In this document: one piece after another, positions 51,328-60,319 of the stretch
Layout of the letters: each line of letters opens with the position of its first letter
Position numbering within the stretch: position 1 is the stretch's first letter
Assembly: GCA_965215015.1 (NCBI GenBank)
Contig: OZ244042.1
Coordinates: 1,248,001-1,312,000 of the forward strand
Origin: Candidatus Poribacteria bacterium
GTDB taxonomy: Bacteria > Poribacteria > WGA-4E > PCPOR2b
Direction of reading: 5' to 3'
DNA: 64,000 nt
Made by a program: the position numbers and the translations under genes
The notes under the pieces: model-generated
The model's input: only the letters and a program-made list of their open reading frames with translations
The model's database searches: none
What the model was told of the DNA's origin: nothing

Positions 51328-51765
51328 TCACGACTCGTTTTCAGTTGTTACTATTTTTCCCGCGTGTTCGATCATCTCACGTAACACATCCAGATTAATA
51401 TCTGCCCGGTTACGAAAACTAATAGAACTTTTTCCAATCTTGACTTTGCCGAGCTGGGGCCCGTAGAGTTCAGCAAGATAACGTTCCGCTTCGACTGCAT
51501 TGACATACACACTGAAATAATTTTTCTGCCGGGTCAACCCAACGATGAACCATTCGACTGGTTTCTTATCGGCACGCAGGTAGGAATAATTGCCATAGCC
51601 GATGATTTGCTGTTTGCTGCCGCCCCAGAAAACACCTTCCCACATACAGCAACCCCGGTCTGGTAGTGCTGCCCGGATCAACATGTGAAGTTCTTCCAAA
51701 ACCGTCCGAATATCTGATGCTTGGCTTGCGATGTAATCATCAGGCGAAGATTCTACTCGTTTCAT
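51328..51765 (-). CDS. DUF1801 (YdhG-like) domain protein
   Basis: SPDDYIAS, IIGYGNYSY, GLTRQKNYFSVYV, LGKVKIGKSSISF, INLDVLREMI. Confidence 0.82.
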   Translation of the reverse strand: MKRVESSPDDYIASQASDIRTVLEELHMLIRAALPDRGCCMWEGVFWGGSKQQIIGYGNYSYLRADKKPVEWFIVGLTRQKNYFSVYVNAVEAERYLAELYGPQLGKVKIGKSSISFRNRADINLDVLREMIEHAGKIVTTENES

Positions 51766-51819
51766 CTTATACTTTATCTCTTTAAAGGATTGGGATTCCT
51801 ACTCGTTCCTTTAAGAATC

Positions 51820-52098
51820 GAATTGTGCTATCAACACAGATAGCGAGCCGAAACCTGTCTGACACCTGCTACGGCAATGGACAACGGGAAGCCATGCCTC
51901 CTACAACACACCACCATCGTAGTATGAGAAAGCTGTCTCGGTTTTTACCTCTGATGACCATTTACCGATGCGAAAGCAGGGGTGTTCCCTCCATAAATGT
52001 TTGGGGGAACACTAATGTTAGTAGTAGCGCAATTCATTGCGCGTCTTATCCCTTGAACATAAATGTTTGGGGGAATACCCCTAAAGGGTTTTTGATAA
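51820..52098 (+). mobile_element. Composite repeat element, copy B, with inner cassette at 51978-52082
   Basis: Inverted homolog of 47709-48086 (GAATTGTGCTATCAACAC ... AAAGGGTTTTTGATAA). Confidence 0.75.
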
Positions 52099-52214
52099 AT
52101 CAAGTTGCTAGTAGTAGGCATACTACAATTACCCTAATGAACTTCCTACGCATTACGTTTCACGTTTCAGAAAATCACCGGAACAACAGGTAGCAACTCG
52201 CCTTTTTTATCCAA

Positions 52215-53333
52215 CTACCCCTCGAACCGGTATTTTTCCACTTCCTTCATCACAAGTTGGGATCCCAATCCCGGTTTCGTGGGAAGTCGTAGGTAACCAT
52301 TTTCCACCTGCGGCGGATCGGTCAATAGGTCGTTGCGCCACGGTGCATCCTGCTCCTCATCAACATATTCCAAGACAAGCGCGTTAGGGATATTTGCCAT
52401 CAGGTGAACGCTGGCGAGCGTTGAGATCGCGCTGTTGGGATTGTGTGGCGAAACCTGCATGTAGTAACTCTCTGCCATAGCGGCAATCTTCTTTGTCTCC
52501 GCGATGCCCCCCGCACGGACCACATCGGGCATAATCATGTCTACCGCCTGTGCAGCGATTAAGTCGCGGAAGCCGAAGCGTGTGTAACGCCGCTCACCAA
52601 CGCAGACAGGTGTATTCACCGCTGCCGTCACCTTTGCTAAGGCATCGATGTTTTCTGGCCCCACCGGCTCCTCGTAGAATAACAGTCCAATCTCCTCCAG
52701 CCTATTCCCTAGTCGAATGGCTGCACTCGTGGTATATCGTGCACCTACATCGGTCGCAATGTCTACCGCGTCCCCTACAGCCTCTCGACATCGCTGCATG
52801 TGTGCTAGTGCGATTAGTTCCTCACTCCGGGTGATAGAACAAGGGATATTGATACGTTCCCCCGGTCGGGGTGTACCACTGGGGAAGTATGCCTTGATAG
52901 CGGTGCACCCTTTCTCTGCCAAGCGAACGCATTCCTCCGGCTCACCCGCGTGGCTATAAAAACGCACCCTATCCCGACAGGAGCCGCCCAGCAGATCGTA
53001 TATCGGGCGTCCCACTGCCTGTCCTACAATGTCCCATAGCGCAATCTCAATGCCGCTGATTGCGGCAATCACTGCCCCTGTCTGCCCGATTTGTTGTAAG
53101 GCATGATACAATAGATGGTAGAGATATTCGATGTTAAATGGATCCTCTCCGATAACAAACCGGCTCAACTCCTCAATTGCCTGCTTAATAATCGTGCCGC
53201 CGGGCCAATTCGTTGCGTCCCCTAACCCCACCACACCCTCATCGGTGAATACCTGCACGAGGATCCACGGTGAAGGAATCACGGTGTTGCGGTTCGACCG
53301 CACTAGGTGTACTTTGATGTCAGTGACTTTCAT
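52215..53333 (-). CDS. Mandelate racemase/muconate lactonizing enzyme family, sugar-acid dehydratase-like
   Basis: ISGIEIALWDIVG, IYDLLGG, FYEEP, VGER, MPDV, PHNPN, PGLG. Confidence 0.9.
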   Translation of the reverse strand: MKVTDIKVHLVRSNRNTVIPSPWILVQVFTDEGVVGLGDATNWPGGTIIKQAIEELSRFVIGEDPFNIEYLYHLLYHALQQIGQTGAVIAAISGIEIALWDIVGQAVGRPIYDLLGGSCRDRVRFYSHAGEPEECVRLAEKGCTAIKAYFPSGTPRPGERINIPCSITRSEELIALAHMQRCREAVGDAVDIATDVGARYTTSAAIRLGNRLEEIGLLFYEEPVGPENIDALAKVTAAVNTPVCVGERRYTRFGFRDLIAAQAVDMIMPDVVRAGGIAETKKIAAMAESYYMQVSPHNPNSAISTLASVHLMANIPNALVLEYVDEEQDAPWRNDLLTDPPQVENGYLRLPTKPGLGSQLVMKEVEKYRFEG

Positions 53334-53354
53334 CGATTTCTCCTTTCAGCCAAC

Positions 53355-54344
53355 CTACCTGCCAGCCGGCCCAGGCCACTTGTATGGTCGTCCAAACGGT
53401 AAGCCAAAGGGCTCTTCACAGGGTCGGAACGGCACCATATCCGCAATCTCTTGAAGCTCGGTGAGGATATCCGGCGGCAGCGGCCCCGCTTCAACTGCAC
53501 GCGCATTCTGTTCAACTTCCTCCACAGACCGTGCTCCCATCAAGACCGTGGAAATCTCAGGGGTTGCTACCATCATGCGGAGCGCGGCCTCCGGCAGCGA
53601 CAGTTCAATTTCATCCAGAAATGCGTAAAGCCGCTGATACTGTTTTTGTCGGGGCTGGCTCAACCACTTTGCCCCCGTCTCTATTTCGGGGTAGCGTCGG
53701 GATAAGGCTCCCTGTTGAAGCGGCGAACCGATGACAAGGCCCATATTCTGTCGTTTGGCTTCAGGGAAGATCGCTATGGTCGCTTCCCGCCAAAGTAGAC
53801 TATAATTGAACGCTGTCAAGACGACATCGAAGTTTCCCGTTGCCATAATAAGTGGAAGTTGATAAGCGGTGGTGCCGCCGAGTCCGGTGAATCGGATAAT
53901 TTTCTCCGCTTTCAATTCTTCCAACAAATCACAGACAGGTCCGTGAAAATTGTCATAGTCCGTCCACCAATCGTACTGACCGGGGCGATCGGGTTCATGC
54001 ACCAACAGGACATCGATATAATCGCGTTTGAGCAACCGGAGGCTTTCATTGACTGACTGCCGCAGAAGATCTTTATCTTGTGGATTAAACGGTTGTGGAC
54101 GACCGCCGAGTTTCGTCGCGAGGAAGTACGGCTGCGTCACACCTTCAAGCGCGATGCCCAAAACCTCTTCGCTGTCACGGTAGCTAGGTGCTGTATCTAC
54201 ATAATTTACACCGAGTTCAAGTGCGCGGTGAACGGCGCGGCACCCCTCATCGCGTCCACGGTCACCCGCCCTGGAGACATATAGTCCCCCCATTCCCAGC
54301 ACACTGACTTCAAGTCCTGTGCGCCCAAGCGTTCGTTTTTCCAT
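53355..54344 (-). CDS. Aldo/keto reductase
   Basis: RTLGRTGLEVSVLGMG, VDTAPSY, LATKLG, IDVLLVHEPD. Confidence 0.92.
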   Translation of the reverse strand: MEKRTLGRTGLEVSVLGMGGLYVSRAGDRGRDEGCRAVHRALELGVNYVDTAPSYRDSEEVLGIALEGVTQPYFLATKLGGRPQPFNPQDKDLLRQSVNESLRLLKRDYIDVLLVHEPDRPGQYDWWTDYDNFHGPVCDLLEELKAEKIIRFTGLGGTTAYQLPLIMATGNFDVVLTAFNYSLLWREATIAIFPEAKRQNMGLVIGSPLQQGALSRRYPEIETGAKWLSQPRQKQYQRLYAFLDEIELSLPEAALRMMVATPEISTVLMGARSVEEVEQNARAVEAGPLPPDILTELQEIADMVPFRPCEEPFGLPFGRPYKWPGPAGR

Positions 54345-54386
54345 ATTTCGTTCCTTTCTTTATCTCCAACTCCGTGGATTGCTGGT

Positions 54387-55907
54387 CTATTCGTTTGTTG
54401 ACGCCATGTCCCAAGCATCAACAGACCTCACATCCACGCCTCCACCGCGGCTGAATAGCGTTACACCGAGACTGTCACCTCGGGTCGGATAGATTCGCTG
54501 TGTCACACACTGGTGTCCATTGGCGAAAATTTCCAACACCGAACGGTCCAGGAAGATACGCAACTTGAGCGGTTCTCCATCGAATAACTCAAACGGTGCT
54601 TCTTGGGCGGTTACGACTCTCTTGCCTTCAGGCAACCGCTTCGTCGCGCTTTCGTTGCGATAGTAGATGTATCTTATGCTTTTGTCAAGACTGGACTTGC
54701 TGATATTTACGCTCAATGTTTTTGCTATCGGATCACACACGATGGGGGTCTGTTCTTCCCCCTCCGGCGAACAACGAACCTTTATGCCAAACTCAACGCC
54801 ATCTACTGCATCAACCTCCACAGCAAGTTCCAGACAATCGCCTCTTACATCGTTAAGTATCAGCTCCGAATCGGCAGTCAGATGGATGTTTTCATGATGG
54901 CGGTGATTCTGTCGCAGCACCTCCAGTTCGGGGGCAGGTTCAATCACCAAACTGTTATCTTCCCCTAACGACAAGATTCGCGGCACGGTCATCACGCCAG
55001 ACCAACCGGAGGCGCGCTCGGCTTCCAATGTTCTTGTCTCTCGGATCCAGTCAAAAAAGATACGACGCCCATCTCCATCTAACATAGTGATCCCGCCTCC
55101 GAGGTGCCCGCCGGGCCAACTCATGCGAGCATATCGCTCCGGGTAAAGATGATCGTCCTCATATTGACCGAGGTAGTATTGGGTTCCCTGCAGGTGACTG
55201 CAAAACAGCAACATGTGTCTATCCCCTATCGGGAAGAAATTTGGAACAGCGCAATCCTCATCTGCCTCAGTCCAACGCCGGTTTGATTTGTAGAATGGGT
55301 GCAGATACTCCCAATGAACCATATCAGGGGACTTAAACAGATAGGCAGTATCGCCTCCCGTCGGATCGCGGCTGCCGCACAACGCATACCAAAAGTCGTC
55401 GTGCTTCCAGGCGCACGGATCATAGACACGGTACTTCCCATAGTCCGGATCGCCCGGCTGTGGGACCGGTATAACGGGATTTGTAGGGTGTTTGGTCCAT
55501 TGGATTAAATCCGGGTCCTCGCTGGTAGCGATACATGTTCCTTCGGGGACACCGTGGTAAATCAAGGTAGGAACACCATCATTGATTACCGCGCCGCCAC
55601 TGAAGCAACCGTCCCGGTCGGGACCGCCCAACGTCGGCGTCAATGCGATTGGATGGTGGGTCCAATGCACAAGGTCTGGACTCGATGCGTGTCCCCACTG
55701 AATCCATTTCCAGTAAGCCCCATCGGGGTTATGCTGGTAGAAAATATGATATCTGCCGTTCCAAAAGAGGGGGCCATTGATGTCGTTCATCCAAGCCCAC
55801 GGCGGGGTAAAATGGTACGCCGGTCGATGGCGGTCTTTCTGAAACTTCTCTCTTAGTTCCTGTGCCGATTGGATAAGTTGTTCGGTCTTTTCGATTTCGT
55901 TGGGCAC
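54387..55907 (-). CDS. Glycoside hydrolase family 32 protein with variant catalytic motifs
   Basis: RPAYHFTP, WMNDING, YHIFYQHNP, WGHASSPDLVHW, CFSGGA, GWSG...PR, LDRSVLEIF; GTG at 55907 after AGGAG. Confidence 0.88.
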   Translation of the reverse strand: MPNEIEKTEQLIQSAQELREKFQKDRHRPAYHFTPPWAWMNDINGPLFWNGRYHIFYQHNPDGAYWKWIQWGHASSPDLVHWTHHPIALTPTLGGPDRDGCFSGGAVINDGVPTLIYHGVPEGTCIATSEDPDLIQWTKHPTNPVIPVPQPGDPDYGKYRVYDPCAWKHDDFWYALCGSRDPTGGDTAYLFKSPDMVHWEYLHPFYKSNRRWTEADEDCAVPNFFPIGDRHMLLFCSHLQGTQYYLGQYEDDHLYPERYARMSWPGGHLGGGITMLDGDGRRIFFDWIRETRTLEAERASGWSGVMTVPRILSLGEDNSLVIEPAPELEVLRQNHRHHENIHLTADSELILNDVRGDCLELAVEVDAVDGVEFGIKVRCSPEGEEQTPIVCDPIAKTLSVNISKSSLDKSIRYIYYRNESATKRLPEGKRVVTAQEAPFELFDGEPLKLRIFLDRSVLEIFANGHQCVTQRIYPTRGDSLGVTLFSRGGGVDVRSVDAWDMASTNE

Positions 55908-56029
55908 TATATGTTCGCTCCTTTCGTACTCCCGGAAATCCTCCACGAAGCCTCGATGCCCGGTAGCAAGGGGTGTTCTGAACCAACATCGCCTATTACT
56001 CCTGTATCATCTGCAATTTTAAATTCCCA

Positions 56030-56385
56030 TCTGCTCATTTTATTTTTTTTTCGTGCTTCAGGATGGAATCGGGGGTTGCCGAGCAACTGAAGCAAACGCT
56101 CACTTGCGGCTTAGGAGGGGTTCCCATATCTTGTAGTTGATGTAGGCATTGTAACGCGGAAAGGGCCATTGCCTGCCGTATTGCTGCTGGAGTAGATAAC
56201 GAACTTGACCTGACCGGTTGGGGAACGCGGTGCCAACATTGCGGGTCGTGCAGGTAGATATCGTCTGCCTTGCAAAGCACGGAAACGGGTCCCCGTTCAA
56301 ATGTCGGCGTGTCTGTTTTCGGGGAATTTCTGCCCGAATAGTGGTTGACAGGAACGTATTGCGCCGGACCATGTTCAATTAAAAA
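56030..56385 (-). pseudogene. Frameshifted C-terminal fragment of a PhyH-family dioxygenase
   Basis: HGPAQYVPVNHYSGR...CKADDIYLHDPQCWHR in one frame continues as PNRSGQVRYLLQQQYGR in another. Confidence 0.6.
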
Positions 56386-56699
56386 TGATTTCAGCGGTTC
56401 CGTTCTGCGCTGAAAGGTGTTCCATTTTGAATCTGTGTCTGATTCAAGTAAGTACCCTCCTTTGCGGAAAGATCTAGATGCGAACCTTGCGGAGATTTTA
56501 TCCCGTTGCCAGGTTGGATTTCTGTACTGTTCAGTATCATAGCAAAGTTCGGGCAATTCCGCAACGAAAAAAGGTTCTGCGAAGGAATTTCAAATTTCTC
56601 TCTTGACCTTATTTCGGTTTCAGCCTAATATAAATTCAAACTTCAAAATTTTAGCAATAATGCTCCGTCTTGGATGCAACCCGAAGGAGGGCAAGCGTC

Positions 56700-57782
56700 A
56701 TGAAAGCTGCTGTGCTATATGAAATCAATACACCGCTGAAAATTGAAGAATTGGATCTGCCGGATACAGGAGCCAATCAAGTGCGAGTGCGAATCGTTGC
56801 CAGCGGCGTCTGCCATTCCGATTGGCATGTCGTCAAGGGCGATTGGCCCCACATCCCGATACCGACTATCTTAGGTCACGAAGGGGCGGGTATCGTCGAA
56901 GAGGTAGGGAGTCAAGTCAGTGGGGTTCGTGAAGGGGACCACGTCATCCTATCCTGGAAACGGAGCTGCGGCTATTGCGAGATGTGTCAGAAAGGGTTTC
57001 CCACCCTGTGTGAGCTTCCGCCTGACAGTTCTACACTCCCCCGATTCCCCGGCGAACAGAGAACAATGGAAAAGATGGCAGGTTTGGGGACCTTTGGCAC
57101 ACATGCGCTGGTGCCTCAAGATGCGGTGGTTCCCATAGATAAAGATATGCCCTTCGCGCAGGCGGCACTGATTGGCTGTGGGGTCATGACGGGGGTCGGC
57201 GCAGCCATCAATACCGCTCAAGTGCAGGGTGGAAGCTCGGTGGCAGTCTTCGGTTGTGGCGGCGTAGGGCTCAATTGCATTCAGGGAGCGGCGATGGTAG
57301 GTGCCGAGCCGATTATCGCGGTAGATGTCCGAGACAATAAGCTGGAAATGGCAAGACGTTTTGGCGCAACTGACACGGTCAACGCCTCTCAGGAGGACGC
57401 TGTCGCTCGGATTCAGGAACTCAGTGGTGGTCCCGGCGTCCACTATGCGTTTGAAGCGATTGGACTGACGGGTGAGCCCTTCCTCCAAGCCATCCAATGC
57501 ACCCGTAGACGAGGCATCACCGTTTTCGTTGGTCATGCGCCCGAAGACACACCTGTGGCATTGGATGCCCGGATGTTGATGCATGAGAAAACAGTTATTG
57601 GCTCCTACTACGGTTCCGCACGTCCCCATGTAGACTTTCCGCGTTTGATTCGTCTTTACAAGGCCGGGAAGTTAAAGCTGGATGAGTTGGTGACGCGAAC
57701 GTATCCGCTAGAGCGAGTCAACGAAGCGTTTGAGGCACTGGCAAGAGGAGAGGTGGCGCGTAGCGTTTTGTCCCTTGATTAA
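56700..57782 (+). CDS. Zinc-dependent alcohol dehydrogenase (class III-like)
   Basis: SGVCHSD, LGHEGAG, CGYCEMCQKG...C, IGCGVMTGVGA, FGCGGVG. Confidence 0.95.
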   Translation: MKAAVLYEINTPLKIEELDLPDTGANQVRVRIVASGVCHSDWHVVKGDWPHIPIPTILGHEGAGIVEEVGSQVSGVREGDHVILSWKRSCGYCEMCQKGFPTLCELPPDSSTLPRFPGEQRTMEKMAGLGTFGTHALVPQDAVVPIDKDMPFAQAALIGCGVMTGVGAAINTAQVQGGSSVAVFGCGGVGLNCIQGAAMVGAEPIIAVDVRDNKLEMARRFGATDTVNASQEDAVARIQELSGGPGVHYAFEAIGLTGEPFLQAIQCTRRRGITVFVGHAPEDTPVALDARMLMHEKTVIGSYYGSARPHVDFPRLIRLYKAGKLKLDELVTRTYPLERVNEAFEALARGEVARSVLSLD

Positions 57783-57787
57783 GATTC

Positions 57788-58624
57788 TCAGCATCGCGGT
57801 TTTTGCGCTGAGGTGAGGATCGCGGGCATCGGAATCTCCACGCCCCCGTCCTTTTCATAAGCGGCAGCTCCCTTAATAACTGCCGCACGAATGGCCTCCA
57901 GTGCCGCCTTGGATTGAGCGCGGAGCAGTCCACCGGTGCGCGCTGTTCCCTCGTAGAATGCGACAAAGAGGTCATCGGGCGAAGAAAGTCGCCACATCTG
58001 CTGAACCTCTGTAATCGAAGGATTGATAAAGCCAATTGTCCGCAAAGTTCGTCCGCTTTCGGCGGAATCGCTGAATCGGAAGAAGGGGGGACCTTCAGGC
58101 AGCGAGATGTTAGGGTCACCGTGAGTTTCTATCGCCTGAAGCATAATGTGAAATCCGATAGCGGCTTCGGGAATCGCCCAGACGGTGAAGCTAATCCGTC
58201 CGCCGGGGTGAAGGACGCGATACGCTTCCCTCAGTGCTTGCTCAGGGTTGCCGAAGTGTAATAATCCGAAGTTGATGACAACTGCATCAAAACTGTTATT
58301 GGCGAAGGGCAATGCCTCTGCATCTCCTTCGCAGAAGTCGATATCTGGATACTGTTTTCGTGCTTGGGAGAGCATCGCCGTTGAGAAATCGACCCCAACA
58401 ACCCATGCCCCTTTTCTTACACCCGCTTGTGCGACGTTACCCGCGCCGGTCGCGACATCGAGCAAGCGTGTTTTGTCGCCCTTTTGGACAGTAGATAGGA
58501 GTGGTTCAATCGTTTGACTGGTGAGGCGTGGCCAAAAATTGTGGTATGACCGCGCGCTTTTCTCCCAAGTGGTGTGTTCAAATGTCCAGAATGGGTCAGA
58601 CTGAGGGTGCGGGTAGCTTGTCAT
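57788..58624 (-). CDS. Class I SAM-dependent methyltransferase
   Basis: LLDVATGAG, GVDFS, GDAEALPFANNSFDAV, RVLHPGG. Confidence 0.92.
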   Translation of the reverse strand: MTSYPHPQSDPFWTFEHTTWEKSARSYHNFWPRLTSQTIEPLLSTVQKGDKTRLLDVATGAGNVAQAGVRKGAWVVGVDFSTAMLSQARKQYPDIDFCEGDAEALPFANNSFDAVVINFGLLHFGNPEQALREAYRVLHPGGRISFTVWAIPEAAIGFHIMLQAIETHGDPNISLPEGPPFFRFSDSAESGRTLRTIGFINPSITEVQQMWRLSSPDDLFVAFYEGTARTGGLLRAQSKAALEAIRAAVIKGAAAYEKDGGVEIPMPAILTSAQKPRC

Positions 58625-58649
58625 GGTGAGCGTGTCGGCACGAATTAAG

Positions 58650-60089
58650 CTAAAATGCGCTGTGTATTGTTGTCAGCGGACACCACCGAGAGGTCAAGAG
58701 ATGATCAAACAAGACATTGGTTGCTTCAGGCGTGCCAATCTGTTTCAATGCAAATGTCGCATGGAAACGCACATACCGATTCTCATCATTCAATGTATCC
58801 ATCAAGACCGGAATTGCAGCCTCAGCGGCGGGGCCGAGCCGAGCTAACGCCCGTGCCGCGTTATCTCGAATCCAATAGTGTTCATCGCGCAGTAGCCCAA
58901 TCAGCGCAGGAACCGTGTTCTGAACAGGTTGACCGATCAACCCCAATGCCTCCGTCGCATGGCGGCGCACCCACGCAGATTCATCCCGTAAAGCCTGAGT
59001 GAGCGCAGGGACTGCCTCTTGAGCGACATTTCCAATATCGCCGAGGGCATAAGCCGCACCCGCACGAATCGACTCATTTTCATCCTGTAGCGCGTTTATC
59101 AATGCAGGCACTGCTGGACCTCCAATCGCACTCAACGCATAGGTCGCGTGTTGGAAGCTCTCGTTCTCTGATCCGGCACTACCTTTATCCTCCCATGACT
59201 CCTGCCATATCTCAATCAGTGCCGGCACCGCTGCTGCACCCATCATCCCCAATTCATACGCCGCATTAAGACGAACCATTTCATCCGGATCTCCCAAAGC
59301 CTCGATCAACGCCGGAAGGTCATTTTCAACCAACCCCGTATCTTCCTTTGTACCGTTCTGTTTCCCATAGAACCAGTTCCAGAGACTTCGCCACATAACA
59401 TCATGTCCTTTCAAAGATGCCTCGCTGTCAAGCGAATCCCACGTCGAGTCTGCGCTGTCCCAAGAAGGTGCTTTCGGCTCGTCGAGTCGAGTGAAAAGGA
59501 ATTTCAGCATGTGCCGCTTTTTGTCGCTCTGATTCGGCATCGCCCGGTGCCAGAGGTCATAGTGCACCAGCGTCACTGTGCCGGCTTCCCCACAGAGGGC
59601 CAATTCTGGCTGAGAATGTGCGCTTTCGTGCGTCTCATAATACTGTGTACCGGGGAGAACCGCTGTCGGTCCCATATCTTCGGTGGTATCTTGGGGATAG
59701 TAAAACCCCATCATCCAACGGCACCGGTGACGCCGTATCTGTTCGTCCCCTTCATAGGAGTCTTTATGAAAATTTTGTCCGGTACTCCCCGGTGGATTGA
59801 AGTGGCAGTAGCGATGTGAGTGCATAACATAATTCTGACCAAGTGTACTGGTCAAAGCACCGTGAATCGCTGGATGCGAAAAGACCTGCTGAATCTCAGG
59901 GATAAGGGGCAGCAGGTTATTCCCCAAATTCCCCTGACTCTCGAACATATCTTCTACCTGCTGGAAAATTGTTTTGTGGAAATTGGTGGAGAAGTTGGTT
60001 TGTACCTTGATGTAGCCATCAATGATGAAGCTGCGCATCTCTTCGTCGTTGAGGAGATATTCTTGATTTTCCATCGGCTTTCCTTCCAT
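58650..60089 (-). CDS. PhyH-family dioxygenase fused to HEAT/PBS-lyase repeats
   Basis: FHKD, MGPTAVLPGTQ, LWHRA, then repeats AVPALI.AL.DE...VR..AA.ALG.IG. Confidence 0.88.
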   Translation of the reverse strand: MEGKPMENQEYLLNDEEMRSFIIDGYIKVQTNFSTNFHKTIFQQVEDMFESQGNLGNNLLPLIPEIQQVFSHPAIHGALTSTLGQNYVMHSHRYCHFNPPGSTGQNFHKDSYEGDEQIRRHRCRWMMGFYYPQDTTEDMGPTAVLPGTQYYETHESAHSQPELALCGEAGTVTLVHYDLWHRAMPNQSDKKRHMLKFLFTRLDEPKAPSWDSADSTWDSLDSEASLKGHDVMWRSLWNWFYGKQNGTKEDTGLVENDLPALIEALGDPDEMVRLNAAYELGMMGAAAVPALIEIWQESWEDKGSAGSENESFQHATYALSAIGGPAVPALINALQDENESIRAGAAYALGDIGNVAQEAVPALTQALRDESAWVRRHATEALGLIGQPVQNTVPALIGLLRDEHYWIRDNAARALARLGPAAEAAIPVLMDTLNDENRYVRFHATFALKQIGTPEATNVLFDHLLTSRWCPLTTIHSAF

Positions 60090-60319
60090 TTCGTCGTGAG
60101 GGGCTAGGTTCTCTGAAAGTGCTCGGCGCCATTAACCTATCGTGCTAGTTGATGAGGCTGCCGTTTCCATAGCGTTCAAGAGTTGATTGGTTTATTAAAG
60201 AGGAGTTCATTTGTTCAAGAATTCATTGATGTACCAATGTGAACCAATGTACCAATAACGTTTCACTCTCGGTCTTTGACCGGAGGGCATACCAAACGTT
60301 GCAAGCTAGCATTATCTTG

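Noticed and set aside
47712-52193. Similar short ORFs MLSTRIASR... / MLSTQIASR...
   Set aside because: The similarity comes from the duplicated non-coding element; frames diverge after ~20 codons
60229-60256. Short tandem repeat (ATGTACCA-like); similar heptamer runs at ~49068-49092 and ~52147-52168
   Set aside because: Only 3-4 imperfect units of low-complexity sequence, with no support for a function
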